Assembly (NCBI GenBank): GCA_035548975.1
Contig: DASZRY010000001.1
Coordinates: 1,439 to 65,438 of the forward strand
Source: Rhizomicrobium sp.
Lineage (GTDB): Bacteria > Pseudomonadota > Alphaproteobacteria > Micropepsales > Micropepsaceae
Direction: 5' to 3'
Length of the DNA: 64,000 nucleotides
Positions 1 to 7,654 of the stretch are shown one piece after another. The stretch's first letter is position 1, and each line of letters starts with the position of its first letter. The position numbers and the translations under genes were made by a program. The notes under the pieces were generated by a model. It was given only the letters and a program-made list of their open reading frames with translations, did no database searches and was not told the origin of the DNA.

Positions 1-1
1 G

Positions 2-226
2 AAGCCATCGATCGTCGCGGCAGGCCTCGATCCTGACAATCTTCCGCAATCCGATCCGTCGAAAATGAACTTCGGTTCGGGCGGCAACACGGAGAAGAAG
101 GCATGGAAAGACATTTGGGGCTGCGGTCAGGGCATCGGCCTTGTGAAAGATGTGGTTCCCGCCGCGGAATTCGTCGCTCGCCTCGAGCGAGAATACTACG
201 CAGCGAGGAAGCATCTGTGTGCTTGA
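2..226 (+). CDS. Nitronate monooxygenase (2-nitropropane dioxygenase) family protein, 3' end only
   Basis: Hand translation of frame 2: KPSIVAAGLDPDNLPQSDPSKMNFGSGGNTEKKAWKDIWGCGQGIG...ARLEREY, TGA at 224-226; typical NMO C-terminus. Runs off the window edge. Confidence 0.85.
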   Translation, partial: KPSIVAAGLDPDNLPQSDPSKMNFGSGGNTEKKAWKDIWGCGQGIGLVKDVVPAAEFVARLEREYYAARKHLCA

Positions 227-405
227 TTGGATTCCTCGATGATGCGGGCTGAATGCGCCGGGGAACTTGACCGGTCTCAAAACCCTTCCGGCGTAGGGCG
301 ACTACCTGTGCCGTGGGGCCGGCAGAGCTCACGCACCGTCAATAAAATGGATGATTTTTTTACTCGCGAGTTTTAGGTTGCCACTGTGGCAAGAATGGAA
401 AAAAC

Positions 406-1017
406 TTGAAAATCAAGCTACACAAGGGCGATCTGCCGGACGGCCTTGACCTCGGTCCGGTGGTTGCGATCGACACTGAAACGTTGGGCTTGTCCTATGT
501 CCGCGATCGCCTGTGTCTCGCGCAACTTTCGTCGGGCGATGACGTCTGCCATGCGGTCCAGTTTGCGCCTGGTGCATACAGCGCGCCGAATCTCAAGCGG
601 CTTCTGACCGATCCAAAGGTGCTGAAGATCTTTCATTTCGCGCGTTTCGATGTTGCGATGTTCCAACGCCATCTCGGCGTTGTGACCTCACCGATTTACT
701 GCACCAAGATCGCGTCGAAGCTGGTGCGAACCTACACTGACAAGCACGGCCTCAAGGATCTTGTGAAGGAGCTTCTCAACGTCGATCTGTCGAAGGAACA
801 GCAAAGCTCGGATTGGGGAGCGCCGGAGCTGTCTGACCGTCAGCTCGCCTATGCTGCCAACGACGTGGCCTATCTTCATCGGTTGAAGGATTCGCTCGAC
901 ACCATGCTGGTTCGCGAGGGTCGGACCGCTTTGGCCAAGGCGTGCTTCGAATTTCTACCAGCCCGCGCCGCACTCGATCTCGCCGGGTGGGATGAGGTCG
1001 ATATATTCGCGCATTAA
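406..1017 (+). CDS. rnd: Ribonuclease D (short DEDD 3'-5' exonuclease)
   Basis: DTET, FHFARFD, YAANDV exonuclease motifs; TTG start; usual neighbour of kdsD in Alphaproteobacteria. Confidence 0.92.
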   Translation: MKIKLHKGDLPDGLDLGPVVAIDTETLGLSYVRDRLCLAQLSSGDDVCHAVQFAPGAYSAPNLKRLLTDPKVLKIFHFARFDVAMFQRHLGVVTSPIYCTKIASKLVRTYTDKHGLKDLVKELLNVDLSKEQQSSDWGAPELSDRQLAYAANDVAYLHRLKDSLDTMLVREGRTALAKACFEFLPARAALDLAGWDEVDIFAH

Positions 1018-1096
1018 ACAGTTAATGCCGCCGAATCGGCTGTTAACTCCTTGAAAAATTTTAAGACTTGAACACCGTCGGGTGATCGGCCACATT

Positions 1097-1111
1097 TGGC
1101 ACGATTTTCGC
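1097..1111 (+). promoter_or_regulatory. Putative sigma54 -24/-12 element upstream of kdsD-lptCAB-rpoN
   Basis: TGGCACGATTTTCGC vs consensus TGGCACG-N4-TTGC; GG and GC correctly spaced; ~60 nt before ATG 1172. Confidence 0.55.
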
Positions 1112-1171
1112 GTGGGAAATATTCTCGCGCCTGCGGTAGCCCCGCTCCGCCAAGCACCCGAAGGATATTCG

Positions 1172-2164
1172 ATGCGTTCCGCCGCGACTGCTACCGCCAC
1201 TCCCGAGCAGGCCCCTGATCTGAAGGCCGCCCGCAGGGTGTTTGAAATGGCCGGGGAGGCCATCGCGGCGCTCAGCCAATCGCTCGATGGCGAATTCTCC
1301 AAGGCTATCGACGCGATTCTCGGAATTAAAGGCCGGGTGATCGTGAGCGGCATGGGTAAGAGCGGCCATGTGGCCCGTAAAATTGCTGCGACCTTGGCGT
1401 CCACGGGTACGCCCGCCTATTTCGTTCACCCGGGCGAAGCAAGTCATGGCGATCTCGGCATGGTCACGCGCGAAGATGCTGTGTTGATGCTCTCATACCG
1501 AGGAGAGACCGTCGAGCTTGGCGATCTGATGACACACGCCAAAAGATTGCGCATCCCTCTGATTGGTATCGCTGGCAATCCCAATTCTACACTTCTGCAA
1601 ACGGCTGACATCGCAGTGGTCCTGCCCAATGCGCGCGAGGCCTGTCCGATGGGGCTGGCGCCTACTACGTCCACCACTATGATGCTGGTGCTCGGCGATG
1701 CGCTCGCAGTTGCCCTTATGGAGCGTCGCGGATTCACGGCGGATCAATACCGCGATTTCCACCCGGGCGGTTCCCTTGGTAGAGCGCTAATTCGCGTAAG
1801 TGATCTTATGCACACTGGCGAAGAGCTACCGCTGGTGGACGAAGATGCATCAATGCAGCAGGTCGTACTTACAATGGTAGCGCGTCGCTTCGGCTGCGTC
1901 GGAATCACCGAAAAGAGCGGTACGCTGAAGGGAGTTATCACTGACGGCGATCTTTCCCGCCACATGGATCGCGAGCTTCTCGACCGCAAGCCCCTGGAAG
2001 TGATGACATCTAATCCGAAAATCATAGCGGCAGATCGCCTTGCCGCCGAAGCGCTCGCCCTAATGAATGAGAAAAAGATCACCCAACTGTTCGTGCTGGA
2101 CGAGTCCAAACGCCCTCTGGGCATATTGCACATGCACGACTGCTTGCGGGCCGGGGTGAACTGA
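1172..2164 (+). CDS. kdsD: KpsF/GutQ family arabinose-5-phosphate isomerase (SIS + 2 CBS)
   Basis: GMGKSGHVARKIAATLASTGTPA, HPGEASHGDLG, APTTSTT, HPGGSLG, C-terminal CBS pair; start taken at ATG 1172. Confidence 0.93.
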   Translation: MRSAATATATPEQAPDLKAARRVFEMAGEAIAALSQSLDGEFSKAIDAILGIKGRVIVSGMGKSGHVARKIAATLASTGTPAYFVHPGEASHGDLGMVTREDAVLMLSYRGETVELGDLMTHAKRLRIPLIGIAGNPNSTLLQTADIAVVLPNAREACPMGLAPTTSTTMMLVLGDALAVALMERRGFTADQYRDFHPGGSLGRALIRVSDLMHTGEELPLVDEDASMQQVVLTMVARRFGCVGITEKSGTLKGVITDGDLSRHMDRELLDRKPLEVMTSNPKIIAADRLAAEALALMNEKKITQLFVLDESKRPLGILHMHDCLRAGVN

Positions 2165-2826
2165 TGGTTGATCGTGCGGCGGCGCTTAAACCGAAACGAC
2201 GTGATTGGGGCGCGCGGCCGCGAGCTACGATGCTCGATGCGGAGCGTTATACCCGCTTTGTCACCTTGATGAAGCGCGCGCTTCCCATTGGGGCTTTAGT
2301 GTTGCTTGCCGTTGTTGCAATCTATGTTTTCCAGCCACGCCAACAGGATCGCGTTGCAATGACGTTTGAGAGCGTGGGCGAGGTTGCCAACGACCTTGCA
2401 ATGATCAAGCCGCGTCTTTCCGGAAGCGATAGCAAGGGTAATCCGTTCGTTGTCACTGCGGATCGCGCTATCCAGCAAGGTCGCAATTCGCGCAAAGCTC
2501 GCCTGGTGAACGTTGATGCCGACATGACGCTGGATCACGGCCGCTGGCTCAATGCCACTGCCGCCAGCGGATTGTTCGATGCCGATGCAAAATCCTTGAT
2601 GCTCGATGGCGGAATTTCCGTTTATTCCGACAACGGCTATGAACTGCACACAAAAAGCGCGCGGTTCGATTTGAAGAAGGGCTTCGTCCGTGGCGAGCAA
2701 ACGGTCACTGGCCAAGGCCCTCTCGGCACAGTGCGCGCAGATAGATTCGAAGTCGACAAGACATCCCAACAAATCCGGCTCTACGGAAACGTTCACACCA
2801 CAATTCTGAAAGCGGATAAGACGTGA
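2164..2826 (+). CDS. lptC: LPS export ABC transporter periplasmic protein LptC
   Basis: N-terminal TM (LKRALP...), beta-jellyroll-type sequence, position between kdsD and lptA. Confidence 0.88.
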   Translation: MVDRAAALKPKRRDWGARPRATMLDAERYTRFVTLMKRALPIGALVLLAVVAIYVFQPRQQDRVAMTFESVGEVANDLAMIKPRLSGSDSKGNPFVVTADRAIQQGRNSRKARLVNVDADMTLDHGRWLNATAASGLFDADAKSLMLDGGISVYSDNGYELHTKSARFDLKKGFVRGEQTVTGQGPLGTVRADRFEVDKTSQQIRLYGNVHTTILKADKT

Positions 2827-3350
2827 CGCGCAGTCTATCTTTGTTTGCCTTATGCCTGTTTGCAGCGCCCGCTTTTGCGGCGAACACGCCGCTCGACTTC
2901 GGTAAGCACAACGCGAACGAACCAATCAATGTCTCGGCGGATGCTTTTCTCGCCGACATCAAAGGGAAAACTGGCACTTATTCCGGCAACGTCATCGTCA
3001 CCCAGGGGAGTGTACGGCTGCGCGCCGACAAGGTTCGCGTAAAAGTGGTCGACAACAAGCCTGACAAGATCGAAGCCACCGGTCATGTTGTATTCGACTC
3101 GACGTCCGGCACGGCACAGGGTGATATTGGCGTGTACGATGTGGGGCCGCGAACGATCACATTGAACGGCCATGTTGTCTTGGCAAAAGACAAGAACGTG
3201 ATGCGCGGAACGACGCTCGTTGTAAACTTGGTGACGGGCGCCGCGACTTTGAAATCCATCGGCGCAAATGGCGGGCGCGTTCAGGGACTGTTTACCCCAC
3301 CGGCTCAGAAACAACCTCAGTCGCTAAAGCCGGCGCCAACCAATCCGTAA
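2823..3350 (+). CDS. lptA: LPS transport periplasmic protein LptA (OstA family)
   Basis: Signal peptide, PINVSAD...GNVIVTQG...LRAD motifs, GRVQGLF C-terminus. Confidence 0.88.
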   Translation: MTRSLSLFALCLFAAPAFAANTPLDFGKHNANEPINVSADAFLADIKGKTGTYSGNVIVTQGSVRLRADKVRVKVVDNKPDKIEATGHVVFDSTSGTAQGDIGVYDVGPRTITLNGHVVLAKDKNVMRGTTLVVNLVTGAATLKSIGANGGRVQGLFTPPAQKQPQSLKPAPTNP

Positions 3351-3376
3351 CCATTCATGGTTCCTTAAACACGAAT

Positions 3377-3391
3377 AGGCACAGTTCTTGC
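3377..3391 (+). promoter_or_regulatory. Putative sigma54 -24/-12 element overlapping the lptB start region
   Basis: AGGCACAGTTCTTGC matches GG-N10-GC spacing with CAC and TTGC. Confidence 0.5.
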
Positions 3392-3393
3392 CC

Positions 3394-4185
3394 ATGACCG
3401 CAAACGCTACAGAAGTCAGCACCAAGGCGCCCCGCGCGGAACCACCGCGTGTGGTTGAGGGCAGTCAGGGGCTCGTGGTGTCGCGCATTGGTAAGAGTTT
3501 CCGGAAGCGACCTGTGGTCCGTTCGGTTAGCCTGTCGCTTAGGCGCGGCGAAGTCGTGGGCCTGCTTGGGCCCAACGGCGCGGGCAAAACGACCTGCTTC
3601 TACATGATCAGCGGCCTTATTCCTGCAGACACCGGTACCATCGAAGTAGATGGCCACGATGTAACGCATCTACCGATGTATCGCCGCGCGCGCCTAGGTA
3701 TCGGATATTTGCCGCAAGAAGCATCGATTTTCCGCGGTCTTACGGCAGAGGAGAATATCCGCGCAACGGCGGAATTGATTGAACAAGACCCCGGCCGTCT
3801 CGAATCAATGGTCGAAGAATTGCTAGCCGAATTCGGATTGACGCATGTGCGTCACACACCGGCCATTGCGTTATCGGGAGGCGAACGCAGGCGTGTTGAA
3901 ATTGCCCGCGCCTTGGCGACCCATCCATCGTACATCCTACTCGATGAACCGCTCGCCGGAATCGATCCCATCGCTGTCGGTGAAATCCGCGATCTTGTGA
4001 AACATTTGAAGGATCGGGGGATCGGGGTGCTCATCACCGATCACAATGTGCGCGACGCATTAGAGATGATCGATCGTGCCTACATCATCCATGAGGGCCA
4101 TGTACTGAAAGAAGGGCTTCCGTCCGATATTGTGGGCGACCGCGATGTGCGCCGGGTCTATCTCGGCGAAAGGTTTTCGTTGTGA
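3394..4185 (+). CDS. lptB: LPS export ABC transporter ATP-binding protein LptB
   Basis: Walker A GPNGAGKTT, LSGGERRRVEIARAL, Walker B LLDEP; start uncertain (3388/3394/3451). Confidence 0.95.
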   Translation: MTANATEVSTKAPRAEPPRVVEGSQGLVVSRIGKSFRKRPVVRSVSLSLRRGEVVGLLGPNGAGKTTCFYMISGLIPADTGTIEVDGHDVTHLPMYRRARLGIGYLPQEASIFRGLTAEENIRATAELIEQDPGRLESMVEELLAEFGLTHVRHTPAIALSGGERRRVEIARALATHPSYILLDEPLAGIDPIAVGEIRDLVKHLKDRGIGVLITDHNVRDALEMIDRAYIIHEGHVLKEGLPSDIVGDRDVRRVYLGERFSL

Positions 4186-4209
4186 CCGGAGATTTGTGAG
4201 GCATAGGTC

Positions 4210-5727
4210 ATGGCGATTTCACAACGCTTGGAGATAAGGCAAGGGCAATCCCTTGTTATGACCCCACAGTTGCAGCAAGCAATCAAGCTACTGCAACTTT
4301 CGAATCTTGAGCTTGCTGCTTATGTGGAGCAGGAGCTGGAAAGAAATCCGCTACTCGAGCGCGATGATAGCACACCTGCAGAAGCTGAACGCCAACCCGA
4401 AGAAAATTCTACTGCAGCCGAGGCTCTCGACACCGCACTCACCCGAGATGATTTTTCCAAAGCTGAAGACATGGATGCAGGCGCCGACGATCTTTATCCC
4501 GACGAAGTGCCCGCTCGCGTGGAGAATGATGCGTCGCATCCATTGACCGATTGGTCAACAGTGCGCTCTTCCGGGCCGAGGTTCGAGGGTGACGAGGAAG
4601 GACTCGAAAATATTCTGGGATCCGGCGAGTCGCTCAAGGACCATCTGCTTGACCAACTATCCATTGCTGCGCTTGACCCCGATCTTCGATTGATTTGTCT
4701 TTCGCTCATTGATGCGGTTGATGAAACGGGTTATCTGCGCGGCGACTTATCGGAAATTGCCGAACGGCTAGGTACTTCGCTCGATCAGGTCCACTCGGTT
4801 CTTGAGGTCTTACAGGGATTTGATCCGCCCGGAGTTGCAGCACGCGACCTTGCGGAGTGTCTCGCCATTCAATTGCGCGCCAATAACCGTTTCGACCCTG
4901 CAATGGAGATGATGCTAGCGCGTCTCGATCTAGTGGCGCGACGCGACATAAATGGCCTTAGCACTGCCTGCGGCGTCGACCACGACGATATCAACGACAT
5001 GATTGCGGAAATTCGCGCGCTGACGCCGAAGCCCGGTCTCGCATTCGGTTCCGAACCGATCCAGCCTGTGGTTCCGGATGTGTTTGTACGCGAGGGTCCG
5101 GATGGCGGATGGCATGTTGAATTGAATGGCGACACTCTTCCGCGTCTGCTTGTCAATTCACGTTACTATTCCAAGGTTTCAAAAGAAGCTCGCGAGAAAG
5201 ATGCCAAGAACTATCTTACCGATTGTCTGAATAGCGCCAACTGGCTGGTTAAGAGTCTCGATCAGCGTGCGCGTACTATCTTAAAAGTGGCAACCGAGCT
5301 GGTTCGCCAACAAGACGGATTTCTTACTTACGGCGTCCGACACTTGCGGCCGTTGAATTTACGCACCATCGCCGACGCTATTGGCATGCACGAATCGACG
5401 GTGAGCCGCGTCACATCGAATAAATATATTTCGACACCCCGGGGTGTTTTCGAAATGAAATATTTTTTCACCGCTGCGATCCAATCGGTGAACGGCGCTG
5501 AAGCCCATTCGGCGGAGTCGGTGCGTGACCGCATCCGGGAAATGATCGACAACGAAGGCTGCGACGAGATCCTTTCGGATGACAGGATTGTGGCTCTTTT
5601 GACGGCCGACGGTGTTAATATTGCGCGCCGCACAGTGGCCAAGTACCGCGAAGCAATGCGCATACCCTCGTCGGTTGAACGCCGCCGCCTAAAGTCAAGC
5701 GAAATTTCGGCCCCGGCCCACCCCTGA
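4210..5727 (+). CDS. rpoN: RNA polymerase sigma-54 factor
   Basis: Region I QLQQAIKLLQL, HESTVSR helix-turn-helix, RpoN box ARRTVAKYRE. Confidence 0.97.
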   Translation: MAISQRLEIRQGQSLVMTPQLQQAIKLLQLSNLELAAYVEQELERNPLLERDDSTPAEAERQPEENSTAAEALDTALTRDDFSKAEDMDAGADDLYPDEVPARVENDASHPLTDWSTVRSSGPRFEGDEEGLENILGSGESLKDHLLDQLSIAALDPDLRLICLSLIDAVDETGYLRGDLSEIAERLGTSLDQVHSVLEVLQGFDPPGVAARDLAECLAIQLRANNRFDPAMEMMLARLDLVARRDINGLSTACGVDHDDINDMIAEIRALTPKPGLAFGSEPIQPVVPDVFVREGPDGGWHVELNGDTLPRLLVNSRYYSKVSKEAREKDAKNYLTDCLNSANWLVKSLDQRARTILKVATELVRQQDGFLTYGVRHLRPLNLRTIADAIGMHESTVSRVTSNKYISTPRGVFEMKYFFTAAIQSVNGAEAHSAESVRDRIREMIDNEGCDEILSDDRIVALLTADGVNIARRTVAKYREAMRIPSSVERRRLKSSEISAPAHP

Positions 5728-5749
5728 AAAACGTCATCGTTGACATTCC

Positions 5750-5784
5750 CGCCCGACGCGCCTACACGGCGGGCGCTTTTTTTT
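5750..5784 (+). terminator. Possible intrinsic terminator after rpoN
   Basis: cgcccg...cgggcg stem followed by a run of T. Confidence 0.45.
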
Positions 5785-5845
5785 GAAACGGCACGGGCTG
5801 AAAGGGATTATAGTTAAACCGGTACCTGAGGGCCGTGGTTGGAAC

Positions 5846-6175
5846 ATGCGCGTTCGCGTTTCAGGAAAGCAGATAGAAATTGGGGAAGCACTTCCGGAAC
5901 AAGTGAAAGCGCGGATCAAAACCGCCATCGAAAAACACTTCGACGGAGGCGCCAGTGCCAGTGTCGTTTTTTCGCGCGAGGGGGCTTTTTATCGCGCCGA
6001 CTGCAAGGTGCATCTGGATTCAGGTGCAGTGCTGACGGCGGTTGGAGAAGCAAACGATGCTTATCGAGCTTTCGACGATGCACTTGGCAAGGTTGAAAAG
6101 CAGGCTCGCCGCTACAAACGCAAGCTAAAGAACCATCATGAAAAGGGCCGGCCGAACAAAGGCGCCCTTTTCTAA
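5846..6175 (+). CDS. hpf: Ribosome hibernation promoting factor, short form (S30AE/RaiA)
   Basis: MRVRVSGKQIEIGEAL...DAYRAFDDALGKVEKQARRYKRKLKNHH; between rpoN and ptsN. Confidence 0.9.
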   Translation: MRVRVSGKQIEIGEALPEQVKARIKTAIEKHFDGGASASVVFSREGAFYRADCKVHLDSGAVLTAVGEANDAYRAFDDALGKVEKQARRYKRKLKNHHEKGRPNKGALF

Positions 6176-6193
6176 TTCAAGGCCCCCAGTCTC

Positions 6194-6667
6194 ATGGAAA
6201 TCACCGATTTGCTGACGCCAGAGTCCGTTATTGCGGCATTGAAGGCGCAAGGAAAGAAGCAATTGCTGCAGGAACTGGCGGCACGAGCCGCCCCCCTGAC
6301 AGGCCTGCCGGAGCGGCGCATCTTCGAGACGCTGACGGAGCGTGAACGTCTGGGCACGACCGGCGTGGGGCAGGGCATTGCCATCCCGCACGGGCGGCTG
6401 GCCGGACTGACCAAGATCACCGGACTGTTCGCGCGGTTGGAAACGCCCATCGATTACGACGCCGTGGACAACCAGCCGGTAGATCTCGTCTTCCTGCTGC
6501 TCGCGCCGGAACAGGCTGGCGCAGATCACCTCAAGGCGTTAGCGCGGGTTTCGCGGTTGCTACGCAATCAGACCGTTTGCGAGAAGCTGCGTGCGGCGAG
6601 CAAGCCGGAAGCTCTTTACGCCATTCTCACTGAACCAAGCGTAGGCCCAACCACTCAGGCCGCATAG
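6194..6667 (+). CDS. ptsN: PTS nitrogen regulatory IIA protein
   Basis: RERLGTTGVGQGIAIPHG phosphorylation motif, GADHLKALARVSRLLR. Confidence 0.95.
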   Translation: MEITDLLTPESVIAALKAQGKKQLLQELAARAAPLTGLPERRIFETLTERERLGTTGVGQGIAIPHGRLAGLTKITGLFARLETPIDYDAVDNQPVDLVFLLLAPEQAGADHLKALARVSRLLRNQTVCEKLRAASKPEALYAILTEPSVGPTTQAA

Positions 6668-6694
6668 AAGCGACAATTGCGCTTAGGAAAAACA

Positions 6695-6725
6695 AAAGGG
6701 CCGAAGCTCGATGCTCCGGCCCTTT
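6695..6725. terminator. Bidirectional intrinsic terminator between convergent ptsN and DUF1150
   Basis: aaagggccg...cggcccttt inverted repeat with A/T flanks. Confidence 0.7.
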
Positions 6726-6747
6726 GCATTTCAGCGATACGCAATGC

Positions 6748-7005
6748 CTAGTGAACGCTAACCGGCGTCATATCGTTTTGTACCGCGGCGCCGTAGGCGC
6801 TGTCCCAGTCATCCGTGAAGCCGAGCACGCTGCCGTCCATCGCATGCAGCACATACAGCATCGTTTCCTTCGGCAGCTTGATGCCTTGCGGCACGATGCC
6901 GAGCCTCTTGGCCTCTTCAAGCCCGGTAGGCTTGATGTAGGTGATGCGGGACGGATCGAATGTCATCCGGTCTTCGGCATCGTCGAATTCTTTTCTCACG
7001 GTCAT
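6748..7005 (-). CDS. DUF1150 family protein
   Basis: ITYIKP...LYVLHAMDGSVLGFTDDWDSAYGAAVQNDMTPVSVH; RBS AAGGAGG before ATG 7005; standard partner downstream of alphaproteobacterial Hsp20. Confidence 0.85.
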   Translation of the reverse strand: MTVRKEFDDAEDRMTFDPSRITYIKPTGLEEAKRLGIVPQGIKLPKETMLYVLHAMDGSVLGFTDDWDSAYGAAVQNDMTPVSVH

Positions 7006-7033
7006 TTTGACCTCCTTGGACGCTGGAAGCGCC

Positions 7034-7459
7034 TCATTTAGATGTGGCGTTCCCGCCACGGATTTCAATGGTTCTAATCTGCGGTTCCAATTTGCGCCGC
7101 TTTAGTTCCACAACAAGCAATCCATTTTCCAACGAAGCACCGTCGACCTCGATTCCTTCCGCGAGCACGAATGCCCGCTGGAATTGCCGCGCGGCGATGC
7201 CGCGATGGAGGAAGACTTTCTCGTCGGAGTCGACCTGTTTGCCTCGGATAACAAGCTGGTTTTCTTCGACCGTGATGTTCAATTCATCGCGGTTAAAACC
7301 TGCTACCGCAAGCGTGATGCGAAGGCGATCGTCCGACAGTTCTTCGATGTTATAGGGCGGATAACCGTCGCTGGCGGCCTTCGCCGTACGTTCCAGCAAA
7401 CGTTCCAGATGGTCGAAGCCCAGAAGAAATGGGCTGTTGAAATATACGTTTCGATTCAC
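7034..7459 (-). CDS. ibpA: Hsp20/IbpA small heat shock protein
   Basis: FNSPFLLGFD, YPPYNIE, LHRGIAARQFQRAFVLA, ASLENGLL; GTG start with GGAGG RBS. Confidence 0.92.
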   Translation of the reverse strand: MNRNVYFNSPFLLGFDHLERLLERTAKAASDGYPPYNIEELSDDRLRITLAVAGFNRDELNITVEENQLVIRGKQVDSDEKVFLHRGIAARQFQRAFVLAEGIEVDGASLENGLLVVELKRRKLEPQIRTIEIRGGNATSK

Positions 7460-7550
7460 GTCCAAAGCCCTCCAGGCGCTTTGCCGGCCCCAATTGCGGC
7501 CACCGGAAACTGTACGGGCGGCCTCGCGAAGGAGCGCCGCATCCACATCA

Positions 7551-7580
7551 AGAGATGGGAACTTGCGGGCCAGTTTCAAG
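7551..7580 (-). promoter_or_regulatory. Sigma32 (RpoH) heat-shock promoter of hsp20-DUF1150
   Basis: Minus strand CTTGAAA-N14-CCCATCT, near-consensus RpoH -35/-10. Confidence 0.8.
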
Positions 7581-7654
7581 CAGGGTGGAACTTTGCCTGC
7601 GCAACTTTATGTCCGGAGATTGCCCCCCTGCCCGGAACCGGGCAAAAGCCCCTC

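Noticed and set aside
267-280. TTGACCGGTCTCAA FNR-like sequence upstream of rnd
   Set aside because: Two mismatches, ~125 nt from the start, and rnd is not an expected target
1014-1065. Several TTAA half-sites suggesting CtrA boxes
   Set aside because: None has the TTAA-N7-TTAA spacing
5788-5803. CGGCACG upstream of hpf as a sigma54 promoter
   Set aside because: No -12 GC at the required distance
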